Positions 41,819 to 53,678 of a stretch of DNA of 64,000 bases are shown here, one piece after another (position 1 is the stretch's first letter; the number at the start of each line of letters is the position of its first letter). Both the position numbers and the translations under genes were made by a program. Below the pieces are notes generated by a model. That model had not been told where the DNA came from, did not search any database, and was given only the letters and a program-made list of their open reading frames with translations. The stretch spans positions 1-64,000 of the forward strand of contig KZ537984.1 in NCBI GenBank assembly GCA_000934665.2, read 5' to 3'. This DNA is from Catajapyx aquilonaris (taxonomy: Eukaryota).

Positions 41819-42029
41819 CAGGGTGAGTCAGAACCACAGGTAGCCAGATTGTCCCAAAACAACCAGTAAAGTAGACAACACCTATAACTTACGCTTGGCT
41901 TTTTTCAAGATCAGCGGGTGGCCTGGTGTGTCTAAGGGGCACACTACAAACTTTCATTGATATCTCGACCGTTCTTATCCTTGACTTGTATATCAAGTCC
42001 ATCTTCAGCAACTTAGTTGACTCACCCTG
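41819..42029. mobile_element. 211-bp MITE with 12-bp perfect TIRs CAGGGTGAGTCA, same family as 2589-2664
   Basis: cagggtgagtca at 41819-41830 and tgactcaccctg at 42018-42029. It shares the subterminal aaccacagg(c/t)ag with the copy at 2589. Confidence 0.7.
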
Positions 42030-45000
42030 TGTAACACTCCCAAAAGGATTGATTCTGTTGGTGCTTCTGGCTGATGGTGGCTCTGCACCGGATCTGGCGC
42101 CTTCTTCCCAGCTAGCTCCTGATGCTCCATAAGGTGCGGACACGCGCCGGGGAGGATATTATATGGGATTTGCAGTCCCCGGTGGACAAGGAAACTTTGC
42201 ACCAACGCCTCAATCCATAAAGAAGCGGGGGATAAGGGGCACCATAGTAGAACAACGTGACTGGAGTAGATTGCCGTAATGATTTCACTCAATAAGGCAT
42301 TGAACCCTGCCTCAGATAATAAGGGGGAGCTTGTAAAAATTTCATCTACCAGACATGAATTGGAAACAGGAATTGATTAAACTGGGCTGCAGGGAAGCAT
42401 TACACAGCAGCAGAAGGAAAAATGACTCTTCTCCACTGCTGCATTTTTGGCGCGATCTCTTTTTTTCGGTGTAAAAGAGGGCCACTTACACGACGGTAAT
42501 GGCTCAATAACAGATGTGTCTGAGAATCAGAAGACTTAATTACCGTGAAATTCAAATTATGCCAGAAAAACTGGTAGTGAAATGTGTTTATGGAGCAATT
42601 TTGTACTACACAATGACCTGGAATTATAAAATATGTAATTCCAATTGTAATCTCCGTGTACTGTACATATGTAACCTAGTTGCTCACAAATTACGGCACG
42701 TAATTTCTTGCAAAACTGACATGGTACAATATTTCGCCCTCAACTGTTATGCTCAAATATACCCGGCTGCATTATTTTAATTACGGTAGTTGGAAATAAC
42801 AACGCATGAACTAAACAATAGAGTAAACCACAATAACCGCCGCGAGTACAACCGAAAAGCAAATGCGCAACTAACTGCAAAATATTTGGTCAGTACATGT
42901 TATATATTCAGCCAGCTTCATTTCGGTCATAATTTCAACAGTGGAGCGCCCAGCTTGGAAACTCATATTTAAACATTTCAGGAGTGCGCAGAGAGAGCTA
43001 AGCATTCCTTTCCTTAGGAAATAACCCAGCAATATTCCCAGCTATGGTAAAAGCGCCTAGAGTGCGCGTAGCAGCCAGTACAATTGCATTCCTCCTCTGG
43101 CCGCAATATAATTTTAATTCCGGATTTTCCTTCCTCATTTTGACCCCCTCCCTCCCTCCATCCCCCTGCAAATGCAAATACTTCCTGGCCTGCCGAGTGC
43201 TTGCACCGGCTTCCTTTCTTCTCTCTGTGCCTGTCTCATCTGCTCGATAGAAGTGGGACTGACAGGCAGCTGGGGAAAGCAGCCATGGAATCCCAGAGAC
43301 TTGAGCCATTTCCTCACGTCCCTTAAGAGAGAGAGAGAGAAGAAGAAGGAGACAGAGTTTTGATGCGCGAAAGGTTTGCGGAACCGCCTTCTTTATCCCT
43401 CTCTTGGAATTTTGTGCACGACACGCCCGCCTCTTCAAGGCTGTAAATGTGACCTGCACGCCGCTGTCTTTTGCTAGACATCCATAACGTCAGCCCCCAG
43501 GCATGATTGTAACCCTATATATGGGGCTTTCTCTGCATCATCCTTCAAAGTCCGGGAAACCTGCCTGGAATATAGGCCGCATTTTCAAGAGGCGCGCCGC
43601 AGTCTGCGGACATAATAATTAGGGGAGAAGGGTTTTTACCCCCATCGTGCGACCTACTCCTGGAAGTTGGGTAAATAAAGATGCCAATGTGGACCTTAAG
43701 CCTCTTGGGTTCATGAGTATATGGTGGTTTTCCTGAATGTGGCAACGAGAAGGAAGTTTTGCTGTACATGCAAATATTTCTGTTACGCCAACGAATAATT
43801 TTGTGCTCAAGTGAGCCAACGAGATTCTCTCTTTAGACAGTAAAAAGAAACAGATGTGTGTTGAAATAGCTTTGGGAAGGAAAACCTGCACAGGAACTAA
43901 CATGCTGTAATGTGTTTCTGATGCCAATTGCTGTACATGTCAATATAATTTTAAAGATGTACTGTTACTCTGTCGCACGAAAGTGTAGGAGAAACGTATA
44001 TCCTGGCAACCAACAGCACTACAATTCCCCTCCATTTCCCCTCTAGAAGTCCTAATTATTTGCAAGTAATTGTATTCGAATTTTACAGTATACCAGCATC
44101 GTATTCTGGCGGTGTGTAGACTAATATCAACCTTCACAAATTTGTATGCTTTCAGTGTAGGCACTTTGAATGTTCCTGCAGGCAAGGTCCTAATTACTCG
44201 ACTCCTCCTTGCGACAATGGCTCTGGTACAGCAAGCCCATCTCCTTCCTTCTCAATATTGCCTCCCATATTGCCCGAATCACATGGATAAGTAATATCAG
44301 AAGGCCTGGGAGCATATTGAGCCTTCGGAGTCTCCCCCATGGAAGCAACGGGCGCAGATGGGCGGAAGTCGTTAGGAAGCGCCATCGGACGGCTCTTCAG
44401 GAAACGTGACCCAGGGGGACAAGTCTCCCCAAGAGATGCGGAAGTGGTAGAAGGAAACACCCTCTAAGAGTTGGTGACGTGAAGGGTGAAGGGAAGAGGG
44501 GGGGGGGGCATCTTCCTTCTCCAGCCAGATGAGCTCCCGGAGAAAGGGTGCAGCGTATATTTTACACGCCTGATTAGAATGACTCGGAGACTCTTCCAGA
44601 AGGGAAATGGAGGTTGAATGTCGCGAAAGGCGTGGGAGATGACTATTCTTTCCGGATTCCAACCCCCTCCAAAAACTTTCCATCCCTAGAGCCGGCGAGC
44701 CACGACTCGTTGGTGGTAAATGTTGCGGGAGGCGCGAGGTGCGATTCCAACCCATTTTTCTTTGCCATTAGGAAACAAGTTTGCTTGTCGTCACCACCAG
44801 TAATTTTAACGTGATAAATAGAGATCTCATCTGAAGATTAAAGAAACTTTTTTTTTCTTCCAGCGCAGCGGCTTGGTGTGTTCGCTTACATTGGAAAACT
44901 TTTTTTCGCCTTGAAAATATGCAAATTAAGGATGAAGCAGTCTGCAGGTAATAAAACTAAGCCAGAAATATGCGATATCTTGCACGGCCATGCAAAGTCG

Positions 45001-48000
45001 TAAATCTGAAACAGTGTTGAGCCAATGCTCATTCGTTTTCAGCTCTCCGACATAGTTGCGCTAAAGTTATTTCACATGCATACCATCCGGAACACTATTT
45101 TACACCATGTGATGCATTCATAACTGGAAACGTTCTTGGTGCAAAGCATCTATTCCCAGCCTGCCACATTCTTACCGCTGTCGTCCTATCCATCATCCTC
45201 TGCTCCAAATCCGTAGTTGTAAACGTCGCCATGAAAAAGTCTTTCAAAAGACGACTTGTGACCCTCCTACTTTTTCATTTTCCTGCTTGCGACCTCGTTA
45301 ACCCCCAGTTTCTGCACAGGATTTCTTTTCCTCCATCATGCACACATGTTCTTCGTCTCATCGTCTTTGGCATCTTCTGCCTTCACGAAAAAAAGCGGGG
45401 AAAGGTCCTGACTTCCGTAACAAAATACTCTATTGATACCTCTTAATTTGATTTACGACAACGACGGGCAAAGCTTTGGCCATAAAATAAGTCCTGGAGG
45501 GGAAAATACTGACATATTATATGCTCGCATTCTTTCTTGTCTTCCACTTTCCCTTATTTGGATTACAAAGAAACATATAGTTATAAGCGACAGACGAATA
45601 TTCAGTTATTAAATATCCAGGTGACGATTAATACCAGTATACGATGTAGCAGGTGTTGTACAACAGTCGAGAATTTACCAGGTGTTGATATCGGAGTCAT
45701 CATTATCCCGGGTCAGAAACTCAAATATCATTGCCATCAGCATTTCACAGCCTAATCCAACCGAGTCTATAATCTTTCAGCTGGTTTTGTCGGATGGCAA
45801 ACAGTTATTGACGGTGTCACAAACGCCGGTGCTAATATTTACAACAAAATTTGAAAGTAGGGCAATAGGTTTAAATTTAATACCGGTACCTCTCCAGATA
45901 ATTCCACGTTAGATCGGCTTATTAAGCGATGAGCTCAGTTATTACTTCGCTTCACTTGCACAAGGCTCGAAAGTTTCAATTTTCTCCCCGACAGTGGTTG
46001 TCGGATCACAGCACAGAACAATACCTCAGCATCTTAAAAATTGATAACCCGCAGAGCAGATGTGAATTTACGGCCTCAACAGGTAACCGGAAAATCACTT
46101 TGCGAATGGCATGAGTGACAACCCTAATATGTCCGCCGTAGTGAGGACAAAGAGCCAGCCTAAATGGTATAATTGGACCAGAGAGAAATAAATGTTTCGC
46201 TGGATCCGGTAAAGGCTTCCCGCTGCCTGAACGTCACTCAAGACACGGAATCACGCTTCACCTGGGAAAATATCCCCCTGGTGGCCAGAAAGTGAATAGA
46301 AAAAAAAACCTCCGGGGGTAAGGATCTCCCTTAATTGGGATCTCCCGGAGAGCCAGTTATCTCGATAGGTGCACTTTGGGGGAAAGGGACTCATCTCATC
46401 CCCGAAATGAATTCTGGGGGCGACCTTCCGGAAGCACTGACCGGGGGCCTTCCAGCTGGCAGAATCTCCATTTAATTAAGTCATCTGATGCTCACAATGG
46501 CACCCAAGTCATTAGATGGGCTGGGGGGTGGATAACTCATTTCAATTTTCGCTCTTTTAATGCTAATCATCTCGCCACCAGAAGTAGTAGTTTTTGTGCG
46601 GCAGATTGAGTCGAGCTTTATTTACCGGGCCTTGGAATTTTCCAACTTGAAATATTCCTATAGGGAGAGACACACAATTTCATTCCCAGTGGCTGCTGCA
46701 TGATTTTTGCTTGATTATAGATCAGCACCAGTCAATCACCTAGTTGAAAAAAATGAGCATTAAACTTACATTACAGTTATTCATTATGCTCATTACCGAA
46801 TGCTACAGGGCGTTAAAAATACAAGCGCGTTATCTATATGCATTGAACACCAATTAGTCCCATGTACTGTAAGAGGAGACTACTTTTTAACAATAAGTGG
46901 TTTTGTCAAGGGAGTGCAGTGTAATAACGCATTTTTAAAAACAAGTCTGTTCTATAAATTAATGAGCTCATAATAGCTCACACGTAGTAGCTTACGTAAT
47001 CAACCTACAAATGCAGCCGCTTCAAAATCGGACCATGCATAATTTAAAACACTGCAAAAAAAAAAACCTGTGCAATTTTCAAAGCTGGTTTATGAAAATA
47101 ACGCCCAAAAGTGCATAATAAATAAGGCAGAAAAATATCCTGCAAATCCGGCAATCCTTCCGCCATCCGTCACGTGCAGAGTTGTCTACTTCAAGGATAC
47201 GGCCGGCCGGTTTAAAACCCTCCTACGGGAACTCCTCCTTTTACCTTTCCCTATTTGCCTCCCTCTGGGAAGCATCGAAGGGAATAATCGATCGGGAAGA
47301 GTAGAAGGAAAAATGGGCAACATGCGGGTGGAATAGATAGTCTCTCGAGAGATGAATGCAGCACAGGGAGAAGCAGCATCCCGAGAGAGGATGAGGAAGA
47401 AAAAAAAAGTGCAAGTGTCTTGTAATCAACCTTCCCTTCAAGCCAAACCTGCTTGTTGCGCATGCAGGGGTATATACTCAGGAACTGTTTTCTGGGAGGA
47501 ATCCAGAAGAGAGTGGGGCGGGGTTGGGCTCACTTTCCTTGATTGCAGTGCAATCAACTAGACCGGACTTTGTCTCTTTGCTTCGTCACGATCCACTTGA
47601 GACGACTTCACTTCCATGTCTCTGTCTTCAAACGGCCTCCCCTTATGTCAATCCAACCCAGGCTTATGCGTCGTTTAATATGCACAGGCCTTAGTGCTTG
47701 CTCTCATGACGAGTGCGCTACTGTGCCAACTCTAGTTTTGAAACTGATTCCAAGTTGTTGAAGGTCGTTTTGTCAATATTTCAGGAGATGGAAGTAGTTG
47801 TCGACTGCGTCAGACCTAATGGCACGGAGGGTAATTGATGGCGGACTTTATCTTGCTGCTTACTTACTATATACCCCCGGTTTGAAACATTATTTAGGAG
47901 GCTGATGTTTCTGGCAGGAATGATCATTGTGCTGGGATGACGCAAAAACCAACAAGCTTGTAAATATTGCAGAAAATAGTGCACTCAGCAGTCATATAGT

Positions 48001-48648
48001 AAAATAATTTTGTTTGAAAATTACTACAAACAACAACACAGTAGAAAAATATGTTCGCCTGGGCAAAAGTGGCCGCGTAAACAACGTCTACTCATATTTT
48101 TCAATGCACAGTATTTTTCGCAACTATGTTCTCGTGCGCGCAATCACTTTATTGCTCTGGCAATGTGCATTACCGATTTAGGCCGAGTTTCACCACCGAA
48201 GATAGACTGGACACTGACCACAATTCATCCTTGTCATTCGCTGTTGGCAGTAATAAACCTAACAATTAATAACGAAGATAAATTCTGGGTCGACAACCAG
48301 TGTTGCAACCCGACCTTAAGCCTATTACGAACACGCCCGCATGTAAAAGGTGTCAAACAGCAGGGACGCACTGTTTTAAACAAAAAAAAATGAACCGTAA
48401 TCCTCGAAACCAATCCTTTCATCGCAGAATTTAATTCCGAAATTATTAAAATTCGCACGCTCTGTTCCCAGCTCCATACAGCAATATAGGACTGGCGCAA
48501 TATGCACTCAGGCATAATGCACTTACCCCACTCATGGCATGTCCGATATTGCTGCCGGTCTAACAGAATAAGTAGCGAAAATGAATTTATCAGCCGTTTG
48601 CAGCGCAACTCTCCCTCCATCAATTGGGAGGGGCGGCATCCAGTGAAT

Positions 48649-48673
48649 AGAGAGAGAGAGAGAGAAAGAGAGA
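48649..48673. repeat. imperfect (AG)n microsatellite
   Basis: read directly. Confidence 0.9.
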
Positions 48674-51212
48674 AATTCTGTGTGCTGCGAGAGACAGGAA
48701 ATGCCATGGGGAATACATGAATCGAGCAAACAGGTTATCGCGACACAATAGCTACTGGAAATTGGGAGGATTGGCCCGAGAGAGATGAGCCAGTCGCAGC
48801 AGCAGTGAAAGTGGAGAGATAGATGAGGTTGCTCTAACCGCCTAGGGCCTGGAAATGGGTAGAGTGGGGAGATGGGAGGGGGGGTGGTCAAAAAAAGGGG
48901 GGATCAATTTCCCCCCATTGTCACCAACCAGTGTAATTGGGTCTTGTTCGCCGGCAGTAATATTATCCCGAATGATATTCTGATGGGCAGCAGGCAGTGA
49001 TGCTGCTTCATCCTGCGGGGGTCTCTCCCTGTGAAAAGGACTCCGGTGACAAAAGGCCCTCCCACCCCAATTTTTGTGGAGGACGCCCCCCCTGCCGAAT
49101 CGGGACAATGGCCGCCTAGAGAAAGAAAGACGCGCTTCTGTTCCCTTGGACCTCTTCTTTTACCAATCTGAGGCCTCTGCTGGGAGATAAAAATTGGGAA
49201 GCTGGCCCGGCTTTTTGACTGGGAGATTGGACGAGCAAAAGGATGATGATGATGATTCCGCCGCCTTTTCATTGTGGCCAACTCGCCATCTCCATCCTAT
49301 TGGCATCTTATATACGAAAGAAAAAGATGATGGGGGGCAGAGAGGCTGGAGAGAGGAGGATGGGGCTTTTGTTGCAAAATCTGGCTTCGGTTCGCGTCTT
49401 CGGCTCGAATCCAAATCTAAAAGGCGATGATGATTCTATGCTTGGGTAGGGTATGCCATCAGTTGCCCATACGCTCATGTAAGATTTTTTTATAGCCAAG
49501 ACTTTGTGGCAGCCAGGATATTCGCAATATCTGCCTATACAGACCTATATAAAATGATACTATACCGTAGAAACAATGGATATAATCAGCACACTGTTGC
49601 CAACTTGATGTCACAGTGCCCTCTTTGCATGGATTTTACTGTATACACACTATACAAACAGAAGAGTACATACGCTATGCTTAGAGTACAGGTACTGCAC
49701 ATTATATATATACAGTATAGCGAGTGAAGTATTAATTTGTAGCATTGCCCTGCAGTGCTTTCAAAGGCCTGTATTAATTTTTCTCCATAGGTGTTATAAT
49801 AATACCAATTAAACAATACTCATTTCTATCACATCCGAGGTGACATATGAGCCCGTTTTTGACCTACAGTATATTAGTGAATGACTATAGTGTTAATGAC
49901 CTGAGGCCTGATAAACAAGCGCCTGCAAGACCGCCGTTACAGTCACCCATAACGTGCAGTTAGCCACGAGGAGTTTGGCTCAAATAGTAGCCCAAGTATA
50001 ATCTCTTTAATCTTTGTAATAAACTTATGCGTGTGTGCAAATGTAATAGTAGCATTTTACAGTTAGCAAAATGGCAAAAGTATATACGCAAATGTCACCC
50101 GAGAGAGATAATTACTCCAAATTTACCCTCGTGATGTGAGAATGGCCTAACGTCAGTGTTATTTTTTCTGCGCACTCTGTAATAAAACAACAAGTATTTC
50201 ACGACATTACAATAATGGTGTGACACTGATTGCATTACTGTTGGTTCAGTTTTTCGAAGAAAATTGTAGGACTTTTTGCCACTTTTTGACCTGAAAAGTG
50301 TATAAACTATAAACCTTATAGATTGCAATGGTATACTGTACGTATATTATAAGTGGAATGAATTTTGCCAAAATATCCAGTTCATTTCAGTTTGCTTCTA
50401 CCACCAATTATGTGCTATGCGCATAAACATTATGTAGGCCTATAATAATTATTTATTACAAACCGCACGTCTACACTGAAGTGCTGCATCATACACTTGG
50501 TAGTGCACATGTTTAAAAAGGCAAGCGTAAAACAATGGAGCTGAGTCACTTCGCACCTGATGAATTCGAGGCCTTTCTATTATTTTGTACATTTCTGAAA
50601 GAATATGTAATGGAAATCCCTCGTTACAGAATATTACACATGCAAATGAAATTACCGTCAGGCATGTCGTCCTGGAGTATTAGATTACTGATAACCTCAA
50701 TCTGTTACATTATAGTCACAGTCTGAACTGTTAAGAAGTCAATAAAAGCCATCAGTTCAAGCAATCTTTATTACAAAAATAATGGGGCTGTACCATATCA
50801 AAGCATCAAGCGAGTGTCGTGATCTACGGGCAACTGGATGCTGCCTGACTTTTGCTGGTATCGTGTTCGCACCAGCACCAGCAGTGTAAGACATTACCCT
50901 GTCGAGTACCCCCATTCAATAATTACTAATTTAGTAAGGAAGCGGGGGGATTAGAATGGGGCTCACTCTGGCTCGTCTCCTTCCCCACGGTACCATTGCT
51001 TTCATAAATTACTGCGGATGGCTCTTAATTGCGTCAAAAACGCCGGAGGGTAAGACATAATCGAGGAAGATACAAGGGGAATATAAAGGGGCTGGTGTGG
51101 ATTCGATGGGTTTGATCACACATTAGGCTAATGAAGAGACAAAACGGAGAGACATCCTTATAAATTCGCATTAGGCCTCCAGAAGAGGGAAACATGAACA
51201 AGTCCAATCTGC

Positions 51213-51218
51213 TTTATT
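51213..51218 (-). terminator. candidate polyadenylation signal AATAAA overlapping the stop codon of the RhoGAP-like gene
   Basis: The minus strand reads CAA-TAA-A; TAA at 51216-51214 is the stop. Confidence 0.4.
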
Positions 51219-52653
51219 GCATTTGGGGGAAGTCTAATGTCACCGAGGGAACCTGGAAGCACTTATCGTTCTCCTCCATTGGCACATGCTCGGGTGCTCC
51301 CTTTGTGTCCATGTTCTCGTTGCTGTCACTCCGTTCAAACGCTTCCATGTCCTGAGTTGGCGACATCAATTCCTCGACCTTCCCCATCACTGCACTTGCT
51401 TCAGACATCTGCACCTCCTCGGAAGTACGCAAATAAACTGCGATTTCCTTCTCCTGAATACTGGCAAAACTGCACTCATCAAAAGGGGGTCTCTCCACAC
51501 GTTCTTCAGACGAATTAGCCAGCGAGAAGTTCCCTCCGTTTTCAACGCTAGAGTCTAACAACGAAACCGAACTGCCCGTGAGCTCCTTCTGCTGCTGAAG
51601 GAAACCATTTTCTATGATGAACGCGTCCACCTCGCTGATCGTGATGCTTAGACTGCCAGGACACAGATCTGCAGAAGCAGACTTGCGACCCGTCACCAAC
51701 GAAGCATCGTCAGTTGCGAAAGTCCAGTCCCTAACATCATCTGTTGCGTGAGTCCCTTCTTCAACATCTTCTGTCACGAAAATCCCGTCTCCAACTTCGT
51801 CCGCTACGAAAGTCCCGTCTCCAACATCGTCCGTTGCGAGAGTCCCGCCTCCAAATTCCTCCGCGGCCTTCTCTGGATCCTTCTTATCCGCCTGAGGGTT
51901 GTCACCAATCTCGTTCACGACGTGCACACGGACGGTACCTTCTTGCTCGTCCGGGTTGCTTCCTTCTCCTCCTCCGCTCACGTGCACTTCGACCCTAACC
52001 TGGTGAACAATCTCACCGTCTTCGTCCTCCTCATTCGTGCCAGACGAGTCCGTCGCATACCCGTCTTCCTCTTGCGATTTGCGCGCTTCAGGGTACAAGG
52101 TGCGTACGATCGGCTGCTCTCGTGGACTTACCTCCGGAGAGGCCACGTCTTTCCAGCAGTACACGAATCCAGGAGGATCTTCTGGCAGAGCCGTCGGCGA
52201 CTCTTCGATCGACGCACCGCTGGTAATCCAAGTGCAATTGGTGGAACCCTGGGTACCATGGAATGGGGTAAACTCGTGCATATGGTGGCACAGCACGCAG
52301 CACTTGTCCTGCGTGGCGCCCTTGAGCGCGTCGCATTTCCTCTTCATCACGTTGCGCTTCCTCTTCAGCTCGAAGGCGCTCTTCCTCAAACCCAGCCAGG
52401 CCTGGATGCGGCACCAGAAGGTGCTGCGGGACTTCTTCTTCTTCTTTTTCGTTGTCGTCTCCTGATTCTTCTGCGTCCCGTCTCCCGAGCCCCTCCGGAA
52501 GAGTTGGGTGCAGCTCCGGACAAGGGAGTTCGTCTTATTCTTCGCGACAGAATCCTTCGGGAAGTACGGCTCCGAGAGGAACTCGCGATTCTGGGCGACG
52601 CTGCCGCCTACTGTCAGTACATTAGGTACGTCGATCGACGCACACGTCGAGGG
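51214..52653 (-). CDS. divergent RhoGAP-domain protein, terminal coding exon (479 aa: polybasic segment, Cys/His cluster, acidic low-complexity tail)
   Basis: Acceptor tattttgtag|CCC at 52654/52653, phase 0. The 1440-nt open frame includes ORF 51214..52389 plus 88 upstream codons (PSTCASIDVPNV...TTTKKKKKKSRSTFWCRIQAWLG). Composition is GC-rich and coding-like. Confidence 0.9.
   Translation of the reverse strand, partial: PSTCASIDVPNVLTVGGSVAQNREFLSEPYFPKDSVAKNKTNSLVRSCTQLFRRGSGDGTQKNQETTTKKKKKKSRSTFWCRIQAWLGLRKSAFELKRKRNVMKRKCDALKGATQDKCCVLCHHMHEFTPFHGTQGSTNCTWITSGASIEESPTALPEDPPGFVYCWKDVASPEVSPREQPIVRTLYPEARKSQEEDGYATDSSGTNEEDEDGEIVHQVRVEVHVSGGGEGSNPDEQEGTVRVHVVNEIGDNPQADKKDPEKAAEEFGGGTLATDDVGDGTFVADEVGDGIFVTEDVEEGTHATDDVRDWTFATDDASLVTGRKSASADLCPGSLSITISEVDAFIIENGFLQQQKELTGSSVSLLDSSVENGGNFSLANSSEERVERPPFDECSFASIQEKEIAVYLRTSEEVQMSEASAVMGKVEELMSPTQDMEAFERSDSNENMDTKGAPEHVPMEENDKCFQVPSVTLDFPQMQ
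51705..51865 (-). repeat. coding minisatellite, ~5 x 30 bp (10-aa acidic repeats)
   Basis: Units start at 51721, 51751, 51781, 51811 and 51841 (a[g/a]tcc...). The protein reads EEFGGGTLAT DDVGDGTFVA DEVGDGIFVT EDVEEGTHAT DDVRDWTFAT DD. Confidence 0.9.
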
Positions 52654-52744
52654 CTACAAAATAGTGTATATAACCTACTGTAAATCGCAATTTATGATTT
52701 TGCACATTTGTTCAGCAAGCAACTAATCGAATGGAAATAGTAAC

Positions 52745-52921
52745 CTCTGCTAATAAGCACGGCATCTCTTCCACTTCTTGCAGGACTTCGAGACGCTTGT
52801 GGTAGCTCGGCATCGCGCTCAGGAGACGCGGATCCTCCGGCACGGACATGACTATGTCATTAAAGATCAACTGATGGTGGATCACCAAGAAGCGAACCAG
52901 CGCGTTTCTCAGGACGCAATC
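52745..52921 (-). CDS. divergent RhoGAP-domain protein, internal exon (last helix of the domain)
   Basis: Acceptor ttcccatcag|GAT and donor GAG|gttact, phase 0/0, 59 codons: DCVLRNALVRFLVIHHQLIFNDIVMSVPEDPRLLSAMPSYHKRLEVLQEVEEMPCLLAE. This matches the RhoGAP C-terminal pattern 'vv..li.h...iF'. Confidence 0.85.
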
Positions 52922-53007
52922 CTGATGGGAAGGGAAATGTAGGGAGAATGTGCATACCGTATTGTTACTCTGTGGTCAGATAAAAGGGAAAAAAGACATT
53001 CTCCTAC

Positions 53008-53200
53008 GTTGTGATTCAGGTTTTGCTTCGAGGTGTGAGGACGCAGCATGGCAGGTGAGAGGAATCTGGACAGGACACGCAGGCGAGACCAGGGACTGCG
53101 ACTGTGCCTGCTCTTGACCGGCATCTGGGATATGTCGCTCAGGAGGGACATGAGTTCCTTCAGGAGCATCAGGGATTGAGGGGTGCAAAAGCTCAGCGGC
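53008..53200 (-). CDS. divergent RhoGAP-domain protein, internal exon
   Basis: Acceptor ttgttatacag|G (phase 2) and donor AAC|gtagga (phase 0). (R)PLSFCTPQSLMLLKELMSLLSDISQMPVKSRHSRSPWSRLRVLSRFLSPAMLRPHTSKQNLNHN aligns to 'LP..n..lL..L..fL..v....NLavvfgPnllrp'. Confidence 0.85.
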
Positions 53201-53266
53201 CTGTATAACAATGAGTCGGGCTCGTAAAATAGAAGAAATTATTCTCAAACCCATTGCCCTGCTGAC

Positions 53267-53601
53267 CTTCGGATATCTTGCAGAAGGGTTCCGCAAATGC
53301 CGCCTTGCACCTGCCTAAGTGAAATGAGGCATGAGTTGCCGATAAGGATCCAGAATGGGTACAAGTCTTCTGTCGGTAGCTTGTCCGAGCCCAGGATTGA
53401 GACGGGCAGGTGCTTCAGGTAGTTTCGAAGGAGGCACAGGAGGGCCCCGAAGGTCGAGGTATCTACGTATCGGCGAGGGAGAGTTCCCTTCTCCAAATGT
53501 CGCTTCAACCAAACCTTCCTGGTGAAGGATGATCTGCGTCGAAACTCTTTTGCCGGATCGTCCACTGTTAATGCCTGACTTCTTATGTTGTCAATTATGA
53601 C
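53267..53601 (-). CDS. divergent RhoGAP-domain protein, exon with the arginine-finger region
   Basis: Acceptor ttaactctgtcag|GTC (phase 0) and donor AAG|gtcagc (phase 2). VIIDNIRSQALTVDDPAKEFRRRSSFTRKVWLKRHLEKG...GALLCLLRNYLKHLPVSILGSDKLPTEDLYPFWI matches 'ci..ie..gl..egifR.sg....v..lk..ld.g...aslLK.ylReLPepll...ly..fi'. Confidence 0.88.
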
Positions 53602-53678
53602 CTGACAGAGTTAATAAATCCTGCTGGTTATGCTGCTCACTCATTTGAAAGTGCAAACTATGGATTTGTGAGGCTTAC

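Noticed and set aside
51748..52683. 311-aa plus-strand ORF
   Set aside because: Antisense shadow of the GC-rich terminal exon. It has no motifs, and the minus strand carries the splice sites and domain.
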